DNA from: Sphingobium sp. | GTDB lineage: Bacteria; Pseudomonadota; Alphaproteobacteria; Sphingomonadales; Sphingomonadaceae | Length of the DNA: 64,000 nucleotides | Assembly (NCBI GenBank): GCA_040508315.1 | Contig: JBEVNC010000149.1 | Location: 10,348-74,347 of the forward strand | Reading direction: 5' to 3' | Shown: piece by piece, positions 38,221 to 49,866 of the stretch | Layout: the number at the start of each line of letters is the position of its first letter | Position numbering within the stretch: position 1 is the stretch's first letter | Made by a program: the position numbers and the translations under genes | The notes under the pieces: generated by a model | Database searches by the model: none | Seen by the model: only the letters and a program-made list of their open reading frames with translations | What the model was told of the DNA's origin: nothing

Positions 38221-39033
38221 ATGTTTGAGGTCCATGATATCTCCCCGCGAGTCGGGTCCGAGATCAAGATCGGCCGGGCGGATCTGGTCAACGGCAAATA
38301 TGCGAGCGACATCGAGGAACTGATCAAGACGCGCAGCGCGATCGTGTTTCGCGAGCTGTTCCTGGAGGAGGAGGAGCAACTCGCCTTCGCCAGCAGCATC
38401 GGCAAGGTCGTGCCGCTGGGCGACGACGGCGTGTCGAAGATTTCGCTGGACCCCAAGGTGTCGGACACCGCCGATTATACGCGCGGCGCCTTCTACTGGC
38501 ATATCGACGGTGCGAACGACGTCTATCCGGCCAAGGCGACGATGCTGACCGCCAAGACGCTGTCGGAATGGGGCGGCGATACGCTGATCTGCAACACCTA
38601 TGCCGCCTATGACGATCTGCCCGAGGAGGAGAAGGAGACGCTCTCCACGGTTCGGGTCCGCCATGCGCTGGAGGCCACGCAGCGCATGGTCCATCCCGAC
38701 TACAGCTATGCGGAGTTGCAGCGGTGGCGCACCCGCCCGTCGCAGACCCATCCGCTGGTGTGGCATCACAAGGATTCGGGATTGAAGTCGCTCGTGATGG
38801 GGGCGACCGCCTATTATGTCCACGACATGTCGCGGGAGGACAGCGACGCCTTCCTGGCGAAGCTGATGGATTATGCGACGCAGGACCAGTTCGTCTATCG
38901 CCACAAATGGTCGCTGGGCGATCTGCTGGTGTGGGACAATACCGGCACGATGCACCGCGCGGACAATTATGCGCTGACCAGCGACCGGCTGATGCTGCGT
39001 ACCACGCTGGAGGGCGAGGAAGCGCTGGGCTGA
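38221..39033 (+). CDS. TauD/TfdA family Fe(II)/2-oxoglutarate dioxygenase
   Basis: WHID (HxD), GGDT...NTYAAYDDL, HPLV, W..GDLLVWDN.GTMHRA. Confidence 0.92.
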   Translation: MFEVHDISPRVGSEIKIGRADLVNGKYASDIEELIKTRSAIVFRELFLEEEEQLAFASSIGKVVPLGDDGVSKISLDPKVSDTADYTRGAFYWHIDGANDVYPAKATMLTAKTLSEWGGDTLICNTYAAYDDLPEEEKETLSTVRVRHALEATQRMVHPDYSYAELQRWRTRPSQTHPLVWHHKDSGLKSLVMGATAYYVHDMSREDSDAFLAKLMDYATQDQFVYRHKWSLGDLLVWDNTGTMHRADNYALTSDRLMLRTTLEGEEALG

Positions 39034-39058
39034 GTTCGGGCTGACAGGGGGACGGCGC

Positions 39059-40324
39059 ATGACGGGGGAAAGCACAGGACTGAGCACGACGCGGCAGGTC
39101 GTCGTCATCGGGCTGCTGACCGGTATCTATTCGCTCAACATGCTCGATCGCACGCTGCCCTTCATCCTGGCGCAGGCGATCAAGAGCGATCTGGACCTGT
39201 CCGACGCGGAGATCGGCCTGCTGGGCGGGACGGTCTTCGCGCTGGTCTATGCGCTGGGCGGCCTGCCATTCGGGCGATTGGCCGACCGGGGCCATGCGCG
39301 GCCGGTGATCGCGCTGTCGGTCGCGGGCTGGAGCCTGATGACCGCGCTGGGCGGGTTCGCGCAGACATTCTTCCACTTGGCGCTCGCCCGGCTGGGCGTC
39401 GCGGCGGGGGAGGCGGCGTCGGCGCCGGGCGGCCACTCGCTCATCTCCGACTATTTCCCGGAAGGACGCCGGGCCACCCTGATCGCCATCGTGTCCTGCG
39501 GCGTCCCCATCGGGTCGATGACCGGGCTGATACTGGGCGGCTGGCTGGTCGACCGGCTGAGCTGGCGTGAGGCGTTCGTCGCCATCGGCCTGCCCGGCAT
39601 GCTGGTGGGCATCGTCGCCTGGCTGGTGCTGCCGGGCGCCGCGCCGCGCGACCGGACCCGTGCGGAGGCGTCGCTGGGCGAGACGGTGCACTTCCTCGCG
39701 GGCAAGCGGACGTTCCGGCGCACCGTGCTTGCCTCCTCCATCTACTCCTTCGGCGGCTATTCGATGGTGACGTTCCTGCCGGCCTTCCTGATGCGTTCGC
39801 ACGAACTGACCGCATCGAAGGTCGGCCTGCTGTTCGGGCTGGTGACGGGGATCGCCGGGCTGATCGGCATTCCGCTGGGCGGTTTCCTGGCCGACCGGCT
39901 GGGACGCGGCGACGTGCGCTGGCGGCTGCGCATTCCGGCCGTCGTGATGGGCCTGTCGGGCCTGTTCATGATCCCGGCGCTGATCGTCGATGACCTGACG
40001 CTGGCGCTCATCCTCATCTTCCCGCCGCAGATGCTGGCGGTCGCCTATCTCGGCCCGACCTTCTCCGCCGTGCACGCCATCGTCCCGCCGGAGATGCGCG
40101 CGACGGCGACGTCGGCGCTGCTCGGCTGCCTGACTTTGTTCGGTGCGTCGCTCGGCCCGCTGATCGTCGGCTATGCCAGCGACCTGCTGACCCCTGTCCA
40201 TGGCCGCCATGCGCTGTCGGTCGCGATGCAGCTGGTGCCCGCTACCCTGCTGATCGCAAGCTGGTTTTTCCTGATGGCGTCGCGGACGCTGGCGGACGAT
40301 CTGTTCGTGCCGGTCCGGGAGTGA
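39059..40324 (+). CDS. MFS transporter (spinster-like)
   Basis: LN.LDR, IK.DL.LSD..IGLL.G, G.LADR, R.GVA.GEA, S.I.DYFP. Confidence 0.9.
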   Translation: MTGESTGLSTTRQVVVIGLLTGIYSLNMLDRTLPFILAQAIKSDLDLSDAEIGLLGGTVFALVYALGGLPFGRLADRGHARPVIALSVAGWSLMTALGGFAQTFFHLALARLGVAAGEAASAPGGHSLISDYFPEGRRATLIAIVSCGVPIGSMTGLILGGWLVDRLSWREAFVAIGLPGMLVGIVAWLVLPGAAPRDRTRAEASLGETVHFLAGKRTFRRTVLASSIYSFGGYSMVTFLPAFLMRSHELTASKVGLLFGLVTGIAGLIGIPLGGFLADRLGRGDVRWRLRIPAVVMGLSGLFMIPALIVDDLTLALILIFPPQMLAVAYLGPTFSAVHAIVPPEMRATATSALLGCLTLFGASLGPLIVGYASDLLTPVHGRHALSVAMQLVPATLLIASWFFLMASRTLADDLFVPVRE

Positions 40325-40436
40325 CGGTTTTGGGCGAGATTCGGGCTTTTACGGGCGGCCGATTAGTGCATTAATGCCGCAGTGCGGCGTAGGGCGTTCG
40401 GCCATGTTCGCGCATGTCGATCAGGTCGAAAGGATA

Positions 40437-42899
40437 ATGCAGGATATGACGCAGGTCCCATCCAACCCGCAGCGCCGCGAGACCGACCGCGACCCGATGG
40501 TTGCCGAAATCGTCGAGCATCTGACCCACCGCATCGGCAAGAATCCCTCCGCCGCCAAGCCGCATGACTGGCTGGCCGCGACTATCGCCGCGATCCGCGA
40601 CCGCGTGATCGACCGGTGGATCGCGTCCACGACCAAGACCTATGAGGAGGGCGGCAAGCGGGTCTATTATCTCAGCCTGGAGTTCCTGATCGGCCGCCTG
40701 ATGCGCGACGCCATCTCCAACCTGGGCATCATGGAGGAGGTCAGCCGCGCGCTCGACATTTTGGGCGTCAGCCTGGAGGTCGTGTCGGAGCTGGAGCCGG
40801 ATGCGGCGCTGGGCAATGGCGGTCTCGGCCGCCTCGCCGCCTGCTTCATGGAGTCCATGGCGACGGTGGACGTGCCAGCTTATGGCTATGGCATCCGCTA
40901 TGTGAACGGCATGTTCCGGCAGGAAATCCATGACGGCTTTCAGGTCGAACTGCCAGAGACCTGGCTGGCGCACGGCAATCCCTGGGAGTTCGAGCGGCGC
41001 GAGGCGAGCTATGAGATCGGCTTCGGCGGACTGGTCGAACCGGCCAGGGCGGACGGCAGTGGCGACGACCAGCGCGACTGGAAACCCAGCGAGCGGGTCA
41101 TCGCGACCCCCTATGACACGCCCGTCGTCGGCTGGCGCGGGGCGCGCGTCAATACGCTGCGCCTGTGGAACGCAGTGCCGATCGACCCGATCCTGCTCGA
41201 CGCCTTCAACGCGGGCGACCATATCGGTGCCCTGAAGGAGAGCAACAAGGCCGACGCCCTGACCCGCGTGCTCTATCCCGCCGACAGCCACATCGCCGGG
41301 CAGGAATTGCGGCTGCGGCAGGAATATTTCTTCTCCTCCGCCTCGCTGCAGGACATCGTGCGGCGGCATGTCCAATATTTCGGCGACGTGCGCACCCTGC
41401 CGGAGAAGGCGTCGATCCAGCTCAACGACACCCATCCGGCGGTGTCGGTCGCCGAACTGATGCGCCTGCTGGTCGATGTGCATAACGTGCCCTTCGACGA
41501 GGCGTGGGAGATCACGCGCCACACCTTCAGCTACACCAACCACACGCTGCTGCCCGAGGCGCTGGAGACGTGGCCGCTGCCATTGTTCGAGCGGTTGCTG
41601 CCGCGGCATATGCAGTTGATCTACGCGATCAACGCCAAGATCCTGATCGACGCGCGCAAGACGCACAAGCTGGACGGCGACGCGATCAGCGCGATCTCGC
41701 TCATCCATGAGGGCGGCGAGCGGCGGGTGCGCATGGCGAACCTCGCCTTCGTCGGATCGCACAGCGTCAACGGCGTGGCGGCGCTGCACACCGAACTGAT
41801 GAAGGAGACGGTGTTCGCCGACCTCCACCGCATGTATCCCGACCGCATCAACAACAAGACCAACGGCGTCACCCCGCGCCGTTGGCTGATGCAGTGCAAT
41901 CCCGGCCTGACCAGCCTGCTGCGCGAGACCATCGGCGACAAGTTCCTGGACGAGACGGAGGCGCTGGAAGCGCTGGTGCCGTTCGCCGACGACGCCGCCT
42001 TCCGCGAGAAATTCCGCGCCGTGAAGCAGGCGAACAAGGTGCGGTTCGCGGTCGTGGTGAAGGACCGGATGGGCCTGCGCATCGATCCCGAGGCGTTGTT
42101 CGACGTCCAGATCAAGCGCATCCACGAATATAAGCGCCAGCTGCTCAACATCATCGAGGCGGTGGCGCTGTACGACCAGATCCGGTCGCATCCGGAGAAG
42201 GACTGGCAGCCGCGCGTAAAGCTGTTCGGCGGCAAGGCGGCGCCGAGCTATCACAACGCCAAGCTCATCATCAAACTCATCAACGACGTGGCGCGAGTGG
42301 TGAACCATGATCCGGCGGTGCAGGGCCTGCTCAAGATCGCGTTCGTCCCCAACTACAATGTTTCGATGGCGGAGGTGATGATCCCGGCCGCCGACCTGTC
42401 CGAACAGATTTCGACGGCTGGCATGGAGGCGTCGGGCACGGGCAATATGAAGTTCGCGCTCAATGGCGCGCTCACCATCGGTACGCTCGACGGCGCGAAT
42501 ATCGAGATCATGGAGCATGTCGGCCGGGAGAATATCAAGATCTTCGGCCTGACCGCGCAGGAAGTATCGGAATGGCGTGCGGGCGGGTACAAGCCCAGCG
42601 CCGTGATCGAGGGGTCGCGGGAGCTTCATCAGGCGCTGTCGGCCATCTCGTCCGGGGTATTTTCGCCCGACGATCCGGACCGGTACAAGGATCTGGTGCG
42701 CAACCTGTACGACCATGACTGGTTCATGATCGCGGCCGATTTCGACAGCTATCATACCGCCCAGCGCGAACTCGACGCACTATGGGCGGACCGCGCGCAA
42801 TGGGATGCGCAGGCGGTACGGAACACTGCGCGCGTCGGCTGGTTTTCCTCGGACCGGACCATCCGCCAATATGCGCGGGAAATCTGGAAAGTCCTCTGA
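40437..42899 (+). CDS. glgP: Glycogen phosphorylase
   Basis: LGNGGLGRLAACF, LRLRQEYF, QLNDTHP, KRIHEYKRQ, EASGTGNMK. Confidence 0.97.
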   Translation: MQDMTQVPSNPQRRETDRDPMVAEIVEHLTHRIGKNPSAAKPHDWLAATIAAIRDRVIDRWIASTTKTYEEGGKRVYYLSLEFLIGRLMRDAISNLGIMEEVSRALDILGVSLEVVSELEPDAALGNGGLGRLAACFMESMATVDVPAYGYGIRYVNGMFRQEIHDGFQVELPETWLAHGNPWEFERREASYEIGFGGLVEPARADGSGDDQRDWKPSERVIATPYDTPVVGWRGARVNTLRLWNAVPIDPILLDAFNAGDHIGALKESNKADALTRVLYPADSHIAGQELRLRQEYFFSSASLQDIVRRHVQYFGDVRTLPEKASIQLNDTHPAVSVAELMRLLVDVHNVPFDEAWEITRHTFSYTNHTLLPEALETWPLPLFERLLPRHMQLIYAINAKILIDARKTHKLDGDAISAISLIHEGGERRVRMANLAFVGSHSVNGVAALHTELMKETVFADLHRMYPDRINNKTNGVTPRRWLMQCNPGLTSLLRETIGDKFLDETEALEALVPFADDAAFREKFRAVKQANKVRFAVVVKDRMGLRIDPEALFDVQIKRIHEYKRQLLNIIEAVALYDQIRSHPEKDWQPRVKLFGGKAAPSYHNAKLIIKLINDVARVVNHDPAVQGLLKIAFVPNYNVSMAEVMIPAADLSEQISTAGMEASGTGNMKFALNGALTIGTLDGANIEIMEHVGRENIKIFGLTAQEVSEWRAGGYKPSAVIEGSRELHQALSAISSGVFSPDDPDRYKDLVRNLYDHDWFMIAADFDSYHTAQRELDALWADRAQWDAQAVRNTARVGWFSSDRTIRQYAREIWKVL

Positions 42900-42938
42900 T
42901 CAAGGTAATCCGCGAATGCCATTCCTGCTTACCGAGCA

Positions 42939-43016
42939 CCGTGCTCCTGCGAAGGCAGGAGCCCAGGGTGAGGTAGCGCGACACGAGCCTGGAGTCCTGC
43001 CCTCGCAGGAATACGG
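42939..43016. repeat. REP-type inverted repeat between glgP and glgB
   Basis: CCGTGCTCCTGCGAAGGCAGGAGCCCAGG...CCTGGAGTCCTGCCCTCGCAGGAATACGG; same architecture as the 37951 element. Confidence 0.75.
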
Positions 43017-43037
43017 GATTCTTCGCGGCCTTTTCGC

Positions 43038-45239
43038 ATGAACGTTGCCGAAGCAGAGGCCCTCGTCACCGGCACCCATGCCGATCCCTTCGCCGTCCTT
43101 GGCGTGCACCGGGACGGTTCGGGCTTCGTCGCGCGCTGCCTGATCCCGGGCGCTCGGCGCGTGACTGCCTTTGTCCGCGATAGGCAGGGGGAAGGCGCCG
43201 CGCTCGCCCTGGTGCATGACGGCGGCCTGTTCGAGGGACCGCTGGACCTGAACAGTGCCTCGCCGCTGCGCTATCTCGCCGCCAATGATGGTGGGGAATG
43301 GTGGGTGGACGATGCGTATAGCCATGGTCCCGTCCTCGGCCCGATGGACGATTATTTTATCCGCGAAGGATCGCACCTGCGCCTGTTCGACAAGCTGGGC
43401 GCGCACCTGATCCACCATGAGGGCGCGGATGGCGTGCATTTCGCGGTGTGGGCGCCCAATGCGCGGCGCGTGTCGGTCGTCGGCGACTTCAACCAGTGGG
43501 ACGGTCGCCGCCATTCCATGCGCCACCGCCGCGACACCGGCATATGGGAGATCTTCGTCCCCGGCCTGGGCGGCGGTCATGCGTATAAATATGAGATCAT
43601 CGGCGCGGACGGCGCACCCGTGCCGCTTAAGGCCGACCCGTTCGCCTTTCGCAGCGAATATCGCCCTGCCACCGCCTCCGTCACCGAGCCAACGCTGGAC
43701 CATGACTGGGGCGACGCCGCGCACCGGGCGCATTGGGCCAAGGCCGATGCGCGCCGCCAGCCCATCTCCATCTACGAGGTGCATGCCGGATCGTGGCGGC
43801 GCGGGGACGACGGTACGGAAGGCGGGCGCTTTCTGACTTGGGACGAACTGGCCGACCAGCTCATCCCCTATGTCGTCTATATGGGCTTTACCCATATCGA
43901 ATTCCTGCCGATCACCGAGCATCCCTATGATCCGAGCTGGGGCTATCAGACCACCGGGCTCTATGCGCCAAGCGCGCGTTTCGGCGAGCCGGAGGGCTTT
44001 GCGCGCTTCGTCGACGGGGCGCACCGTGCGGGGATCGGCGTCATTCTCGACTGGGTGCCGGCGCATTTCCCGACCGACGCGCATGGGCTGAACCGTTTCG
44101 ACGGCACCGCCCTGTACGAGCATGAAGACCCGCGCAAGGGATTCCACCCCGACTGGAACACCGCCATCTTCAATTTCGGGCGCCAGGAGGTCGTCTCCTA
44201 CCTCGTCAACAATGCGCTGTTCTGGACGGGGCGCTATCATCTCGACGGGCTGCGCGTCGATGCGGTCGCGTCGATGCTCTACCTCGATTATTCACGCAAG
44301 GCGGGCGAATGGGTACCCAACGAGCAGGGCGGGCGTGAGAATTGGGAGGCGGTCGCCTTCCTTCAGGCGATGAACCGGGAAGTCTATCGCCAGTCGGCCG
44401 AGACGGGCGGCGGGGCGATCACCATTGCGGAGGAATCGACCGCCTGGCCGGGCGTGTCGCGGCCTGTGCATGAAGGGGGCCTCGGCTTCGGCTTCAAGTG
44501 GAGCATGGGCTTCATGAACGACACGCTGCGCTATGTGGCGCGCGATGCGGTGCACCGGCCCTTTCATCACAACGACATGACCTTCGGTCTCAGCTACGCC
44601 TTCGACGAGAATTATGTGCTGCCGATCAGCCATGACGAGGTGGTGCACGGCAAGGGGTCGCTGCTAACCAGGATGAGCGGCGACGACTGGCAGAAGTTCG
44701 CGACCCTGCGCGCCTATTTCGGTTTCATGTGGGCGCATCCGGGCAAGAAGCTGCTGTTCATGGGACAGGAGTTCGCCCAGCGCGGCGAATGGGCGGAGAG
44801 CCGGTCGCTGGACTGGCATGAGGCTGGCGCGCCTGCCCATGAGGGCGTGCAGCGCACGGTGCGCGACCTCAACCATCTCTATCGCGGGGCGCCGGCGCTC
44901 CATGCGCGCGATTGCGAGCCGGAAGGGTTCCAGTGGCTGTCCGGCGACGACAATGCCAATTCGGTATTCGCCTGGACCCGCCGCGCGCCGGGCGCCCCCG
45001 ATATCGTGATGATCGCGCATTTCACGCCGGTGACGCGCCATGGCTACAGGCTGCGTTTGCCCGCAGGCGGCAAATGGCGCGAGATATTCAACAGCGACGC
45101 GGCCTATTATGGTGGCAGCGGTGTTGGGAATAGCGGATCGGTGGAGGCTGACGAGGACGGGTGGGCGGTGCTGACCCTACCGCCTCTCGCCACGCTCTAT
45201 CTTGAACGGACAATCGAGGGGAAGGAAGGCACGGCATGA
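43038..45239 (+). CDS. glgB: 1,4-alpha-glucan branching enzyme
   Basis: [53 protein letters not shown]. Confidence 0.97.
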   Translation: MNVAEAEALVTGTHADPFAVLGVHRDGSGFVARCLIPGARRVTAFVRDRQGEGAALALVHDGGLFEGPLDLNSASPLRYLAANDGGEWWVDDAYSHGPVLGPMDDYFIREGSHLRLFDKLGAHLIHHEGADGVHFAVWAPNARRVSVVGDFNQWDGRRHSMRHRRDTGIWEIFVPGLGGGHAYKYEIIGADGAPVPLKADPFAFRSEYRPATASVTEPTLDHDWGDAAHRAHWAKADARRQPISIYEVHAGSWRRGDDGTEGGRFLTWDELADQLIPYVVYMGFTHIEFLPITEHPYDPSWGYQTTGLYAPSARFGEPEGFARFVDGAHRAGIGVILDWVPAHFPTDAHGLNRFDGTALYEHEDPRKGFHPDWNTAIFNFGRQEVVSYLVNNALFWTGRYHLDGLRVDAVASMLYLDYSRKAGEWVPNEQGGRENWEAVAFLQAMNREVYRQSAETGGGAITIAEESTAWPGVSRPVHEGGLGFGFKWSMGFMNDTLRYVARDAVHRPFHHNDMTFGLSYAFDENYVLPISHDEVVHGKGSLLTRMSGDDWQKFATLRAYFGFMWAHPGKKLLFMGQEFAQRGEWAESRSLDWHEAGAPAHEGVQRTVRDLNHLYRGAPALHARDCEPEGFQWLSGDDNANSVFAWTRRAPGAPDIVMIAHFTPVTRHGYRLRLPAGGKWREIFNSDAAYYGGSGVGNSGSVEADEDGWAVLTLPPLATLYLERTIEGKEGTA

Positions 45240-46567
45240 CAGAGACACGACCGAGACGCTCATCAGCCCCAATCGCGCGCGATACCATGGCCTATGTGCT
45301 GGCGGGCGGACGCGGCAGCCGCCTGTTCGAGATGACGGATGTGCGCGCCAAGCCCGCCGTCTACTTCGGCGGCAAGGCGCGGATCATCGACTTCGCGCTG
45401 TCCAACGCGATCAACAGCGGTATCCGCCGCATCGGCGTCGCGACCCAGTATAAGGCGCATTCGCTGATCCGGCATCTCCAGCGCGGCTGGAACTTCCTGC
45501 GGCCCGAACGCAACGAAAGCTTCGACATCCTGCCTGCATCGCAGCGCGTGTCGGAGACGCAATGGTATCTGGGCACCGCCGATGCGGTCTATCAGAATAT
45601 CGACATCATCCAGAGCTACGACCCGGAATATATGATCATCCTGGCGGGCGACCATGTCTACAAGATGGACTATGAGCTGATGCTCCGCCAGCATGTGGAC
45701 GAGGGGGCGGACGTCACCGTCGGCTGCCTGGAGGTGCCGCGCATGGAGGCGACCGGCTTCGGCGTCATGCATGTGGACGAGAAGGACGGCATCACCGCTT
45801 TCGTGGAGAAGCCCAAGGACCCGCCGGGCATTCCCGCCCAGCCGGACATGGCGCTCGCCTCCATGGGCATCTATGTCTTCAAGACCAGCTATCTGATCGA
45901 ATTGCTGAAAGCCGACGCGGCCGATCCCAACAGCAATCATGACTTTGGCGGCGACCTGATCCCCTATGTGGTCAAGCATGGCAAAGCGGTGGCGCACCGC
46001 TTCTCCGTCTCCTGCGTGCGGACGGAGAATGAGCCGGAAGCCTATTGGCGCGATGTCGGCACGATCGACGCCTATTGGGAGGCGAATATCGATCTGACCG
46101 ACGTGCTGCCGCACCTCGACCTCTACGACAAGGCGTGGCCGCTGTGGAGCTATGCGGAGGTGACGCCGCCGGCCAAGTTCGTGCATGACGATCAGTATCG
46201 GCGCGGCGCGGCCATATCCTCGCTCGTTTCGGGCGGGTGCATCATCTCGGGCTCGTCGCTGCACCGGGCGCTGATCTTCACCGGCGTTCATGCGCACAGC
46301 TTCTCCTCCGTCACCAATTCGGTGGTGCTGCCCTATTGCCAGATCGGGCGCGGCGCGCGGCTGGAGAAGGTGGTGATCGACGCGGGCGTGAAGATCCCGG
46401 AGGGGCTGATCGTCGGCGAGAATCCCGAGTTCGACGCCAGGCGATTCCGGCGGACGGACAAGGGCATATGCCTCATCACCCAGGCTATGATCGACAGGCT
46501 GGATGCCGAAGCACCGGGGCCTGTCGGGCCGTCAGGACTGACGGGGCCGACAGGATTGGTGGTGTGA
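45236..46567 (+). CDS. glgC: Glucose-1-phosphate adenylyltransferase
   Basis: [43 protein letters not shown]; extra C-terminal tail. Confidence 0.97.
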   Translation: MTETRPRRSSAPIARDTMAYVLAGGRGSRLFEMTDVRAKPAVYFGGKARIIDFALSNAINSGIRRIGVATQYKAHSLIRHLQRGWNFLRPERNESFDILPASQRVSETQWYLGTADAVYQNIDIIQSYDPEYMIILAGDHVYKMDYELMLRQHVDEGADVTVGCLEVPRMEATGFGVMHVDEKDGITAFVEKPKDPPGIPAQPDMALASMGIYVFKTSYLIELLKADAADPNSNHDFGGDLIPYVVKHGKAVAHRFSVSCVRTENEPEAYWRDVGTIDAYWEANIDLTDVLPHLDLYDKAWPLWSYAEVTPPAKFVHDDQYRRGAAISSLVSGGCIISGSSLHRALIFTGVHAHSFSSVTNSVVLPYCQIGRGARLEKVVIDAGVKIPEGLIVGENPEFDARRFRRTDKGICLITQAMIDRLDAEAPGPVGPSGLTGPTGLVV

Positions 46568-48078
46568 AGGTTCTCGCCATTGCGTCCGAAATGCACCCGC
46601 TGGTCAAGACGGGCGGACTGGCCGATGTCGTAGGGGCGTTGCCGGCGGCACTGGCGCTTCATGGCTGGCAGGTAACGACGCTGATCCCCGGCTATCCCGC
46701 CGTAATGAAACGGATCGGCCCGGTGCGCACGGCCAAGCGCTATCCCGGCCTGTTCGGGAAAGATGCGCGCATCGTGCGCGCCCAATATGAGGGGCGCGAC
46801 CTGATCGTCCTCGACGCGCCCGCCCTGTTCGACCGGGAGGGCGGCCCGTATCTGGACGCGAGCGGCCATGACTGGCCCGACAATTGGAAACGCTATGCCG
46901 CGCTGTCGGCGGTGGGCGCGGATCTGGCGGCGGGTGGCCTGCGCCATTTCCGTCCCGATGTGGTCCATGCGCATGACTGGCAGGCGGCGCTCGCCATGGC
47001 CTATATCCGCCATGGCCGCGCGGCCGATGTGCCGGGCGTCGTGACTATCCACAATCTCGCCTTTCAGGGGCGCTATGACAGCACCGTCTTCGGCGCGCTC
47101 GGCCTGCCCGACGCGGCGTGGGCGGTGGACGGCATCGAATATTATGGCGGGGTCGGCTATCTGAAAGCCGGTCTCCATTATGCCGACGCCATCACCACCG
47201 TCAGCCCAAGCTATGCGCGGGAGATCAGGACGGGCCAGTGGGGCATGGGACTGGACGGGCTGCTCAACCGCCGTTCGGACGTGGTGCATGGCATCGTCAA
47301 CGGCATCGACGGGGAGGAGTGGGACCCGGCGACCGACGTGCTGCTCCCTACGCGCTACACGGCCGAAACGCTGGCCGACCGGCGGGCCAACCGTGCGGAG
47401 ATCGAGCGGCGCTTCGGCCTGGACAGCGACGACAGCCTGCTCGTCACCATCGTCAGCCGCCTGACCTGGCAGAAGGGCATGGACGTGCTCGCGCACCAGA
47501 TCGACGCGATCGCGGGCATGGGCATTCGCATCGCGCTGCTCGGCTCGGGCGACGCAGGGATCGAAGGGCAGCTGCTCGCGGCATCCGCCCGCCATCAGGG
47601 GCGGATCGGGATCATCCTGGGCTATGACGAGGGGGCGGCGCATCTGCTTCAGGGCGGGGCGGATGCGATCATCGTGCCGTCACGCACGGAGCCATGCGGG
47701 CTGACCCAGCTTTATGGGTTGCGTTATGGTTGCGTGCCCATCGTCACGCGGACCGGCGGGCTCGCCGATACGGTGATCGACGCCAATGAGGCGGCGCTGG
47801 GGCAGGAGGTCGCGACGGGCATCCAGTTCGATGCGCTGACGGCGGAATCGCTGATGGGCGCATTGGCGCGGGCGCAGGCCCTGCATGCCGACGGCGCGAC
47901 ATGGGCGGGCATTCAGCGGGCGGGCATGCGTGCCGACTTTTCATGGAACAGGAGCGCGGGCCGCTACGCCGCGCTGTTCCGGCGGCTGGTGGATGAGCGG
48001 ATTGCCCGGCAGGCAGCTGCCGCCGCCGCCGTTCCTGCTGCCGCTGCCATCCTCCCCGTGGAGGAAGTGGCGCAGTGA
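46564..48078 (+). CDS. glgA: Glycogen synthase
   Basis: [39 protein letters not shown]; GTG start overlapping the glgC stop. Confidence 0.96.
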   Translation: MKVLAIASEMHPLVKTGGLADVVGALPAALALHGWQVTTLIPGYPAVMKRIGPVRTAKRYPGLFGKDARIVRAQYEGRDLIVLDAPALFDREGGPYLDASGHDWPDNWKRYAALSAVGADLAAGGLRHFRPDVVHAHDWQAALAMAYIRHGRAADVPGVVTIHNLAFQGRYDSTVFGALGLPDAAWAVDGIEYYGGVGYLKAGLHYADAITTVSPSYAREIRTGQWGMGLDGLLNRRSDVVHGIVNGIDGEEWDPATDVLLPTRYTAETLADRRANRAEIERRFGLDSDDSLLVTIVSRLTWQKGMDVLAHQIDAIAGMGIRIALLGSGDAGIEGQLLAASARHQGRIGIILGYDEGAAHLLQGGADAIIVPSRTEPCGLTQLYGLRYGCVPIVTRTGGLADTVIDANEAALGQEVATGIQFDALTAESLMGALARAQALHADGATWAGIQRAGMRADFSWNRSAGRYAALFRRLVDERIARQAAAAAAVPAAAAILPVEEVAQ

Positions 48079-49859
48079 TCGACCCTGCCGATCCGCTGGG
48101 CGCAACGGTCATGGCGGACGGTACGGCCTTTGCCGTCTGGGCGCCGGACGTAGCGCGGCTCGACCTGCTGCTTGACGATGACCGAACTCTGCCATTCGAC
48201 GCAGGGGAGGGCGGGCTGCACCGACTGTTCGTGCCCGGCATCGGCGTGGGCGCGCGCTATGCGCTCAAGGCGGGCGAGCGGGTGCTGGTCGATCCTTATG
48301 CGCTGGCGCTTGACCGGCCCTATGGTGGCGACGTGCCGCGCGCCGTCGTGACCGATCCGGTCGCCGTGCCGCACCGGACGCCCGGTTTTCGTCCCGGCGG
48401 CACCGTCTATGAACTGGCGGTGCGGCCCTTCACCATGCTGCACCCGGATGTGCCGGAGGCGGACCGTGGCACGCTGCGCGCACTCGCCCATCCGGCGGTG
48501 GTCGACCATCTCAAGAGCCTGCACATCGATGCGGTGGAACTGATGCCCGTCATTGCGTGGATCGACGAGCGGCATTTGCCGCCGCTCGGCCTCGTCAATG
48601 GTTGGGGCTATAATCCGGTGACGTTCATGGCCGTCGAGCCGCGCCTGGGCACGCTGGACGATCTGCGCGGCGCGGTCGCGGCGCTGCACGAGGCGGGCAT
48701 CGACACCATCCTCGACCTCGTATTCAACCACACGGGCGAGAGCGACATCTATGGCCAGACGCTGAGTTTCCGCGGCCTCGCCAACCGCGCCTATTACCGG
48801 CATGCCGATGACGGGACGCTGATCAACGATACCGGCTGCGGTAATACGGTCGCGTGCGACCATCCGGTGATGCAGCGGATGATCCTGGACAGCCTGCGCC
48901 ATCTGGTGCGTCATGCCGGGGTGGACGGTTTCCGGTTCGATCTCGCGCCGATCCTGGGCCGGACTATGGCGGGATTCGATCCGAACGCGGCGTTGCTGGC
49001 CGACATCATGGCCGACCCGGTGCTGGCCGACCGCATCCTGTTCGCCGAGCCATGGGATATCGGGCCCGGCGGCTATCGACTGGGCCATTTCCCCGACCGC
49101 TTCCTCGAATGGAACGACCGGGCGCGCGACGACATGCGGCTGCTCTGGCGCGGCGATGCGGGCCGCATGGGATCGTTCGTCACGCGCCTCGCCGGATCGT
49201 CGGATATTTTCGGCGGGGAGCGCACGCGCACCGTCAATTTCCTCGCCGCGCATGACGGCTTCACGCTGGCCGATCTGGTCGCGCACGAACACCGCCATAA
49301 TGAGGCCAATGGCGAGCAGAATCGCGACGGGCATGGCGACAACCATAGCTGGAACAATGGCGTGGAGGGCGCGACCGACGATCCGGCCATCCTCGCCGCG
49401 CGCCGCAGCGACGTGAAGGCGCTGCTTGCCAGCCTGTTCCTGTCGCGCGGCACGATCATGCTGACGGCGGGCGACGAGTTCGGCCGCAGCCAGCGCGGCA
49501 ACAACAATGCCTATTGCCAGGACAATGCCATCACCTGGGTCGACTGGGCGGCGCGCGATACGCAGATCGAGGCGTTTGCGCAGCGGCTTGCCGCCCTGCG
49601 CGCCGCGCGGCCGGAATTGCGCGATACCGCCTTCCTCGCCGATGGCGACGTGGACTGGCTGACCGAACAGGGTATGCCCTTTACGGAAGGGGACTGGCAT
49701 GACCCCGCGCGCGGCACATTGGCGATGCGGTTGGGCGGCGTATTGGCGCTGTTCAACCGGACGTGGGAGCCGATCACTTTCGCCTTGCCAGCGGGATGGT
49801 GGACGGGCGATGACAGTGTCGTTCCGCCGCGCAGCGTGGCCATCCTGACCGAGGAGTAA
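48075..49859 (+). CDS. glgX: Glycogen debranching enzyme (GlgX-type, compact)
   Basis: WGYNP, D.VFNHT.E, NDTGCGN, DGFRFDLA, AEPWDIG, AHDGFTL.D, QRGNNNAYCQD. Confidence 0.92.
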   Translation: MIDPADPLGATVMADGTAFAVWAPDVARLDLLLDDDRTLPFDAGEGGLHRLFVPGIGVGARYALKAGERVLVDPYALALDRPYGGDVPRAVVTDPVAVPHRTPGFRPGGTVYELAVRPFTMLHPDVPEADRGTLRALAHPAVVDHLKSLHIDAVELMPVIAWIDERHLPPLGLVNGWGYNPVTFMAVEPRLGTLDDLRGAVAALHEAGIDTILDLVFNHTGESDIYGQTLSFRGLANRAYYRHADDGTLINDTGCGNTVACDHPVMQRMILDSLRHLVRHAGVDGFRFDLAPILGRTMAGFDPNAALLADIMADPVLADRILFAEPWDIGPGGYRLGHFPDRFLEWNDRARDDMRLLWRGDAGRMGSFVTRLAGSSDIFGGERTRTVNFLAAHDGFTLADLVAHEHRHNEANGEQNRDGHGDNHSWNNGVEGATDDPAILAARRSDVKALLASLFLSRGTIMLTAGDEFGRSQRGNNNAYCQDNAITWVDWAARDTQIEAFAQRLAALRAARPELRDTAFLADGDVDWLTEQGMPFTEGDWHDPARGTLAMRLGGVLALFNRTWEPITFALPAGWWTGDDSVVPPRSVAILTEE

Positions 49860-49866
49860 GCCCCCG

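Noticed and set aside
40371-42755. 794-aa ORF antisense to glgP, and similar long antisense ORFs over ligD, glgX and MFS genes
   Set aside because: Mirror frames of well-supported genes in high-GC DNA
46237-46563. N-terminal extension of the 613-aa glgA ORF, and similar extensions of the hemH, mrp, bamE, ku and PRC-barrel ORFs
   Set aside because: They overlap neighbouring genes or promoters; homology starts at downstream start codons with better SD or coupling
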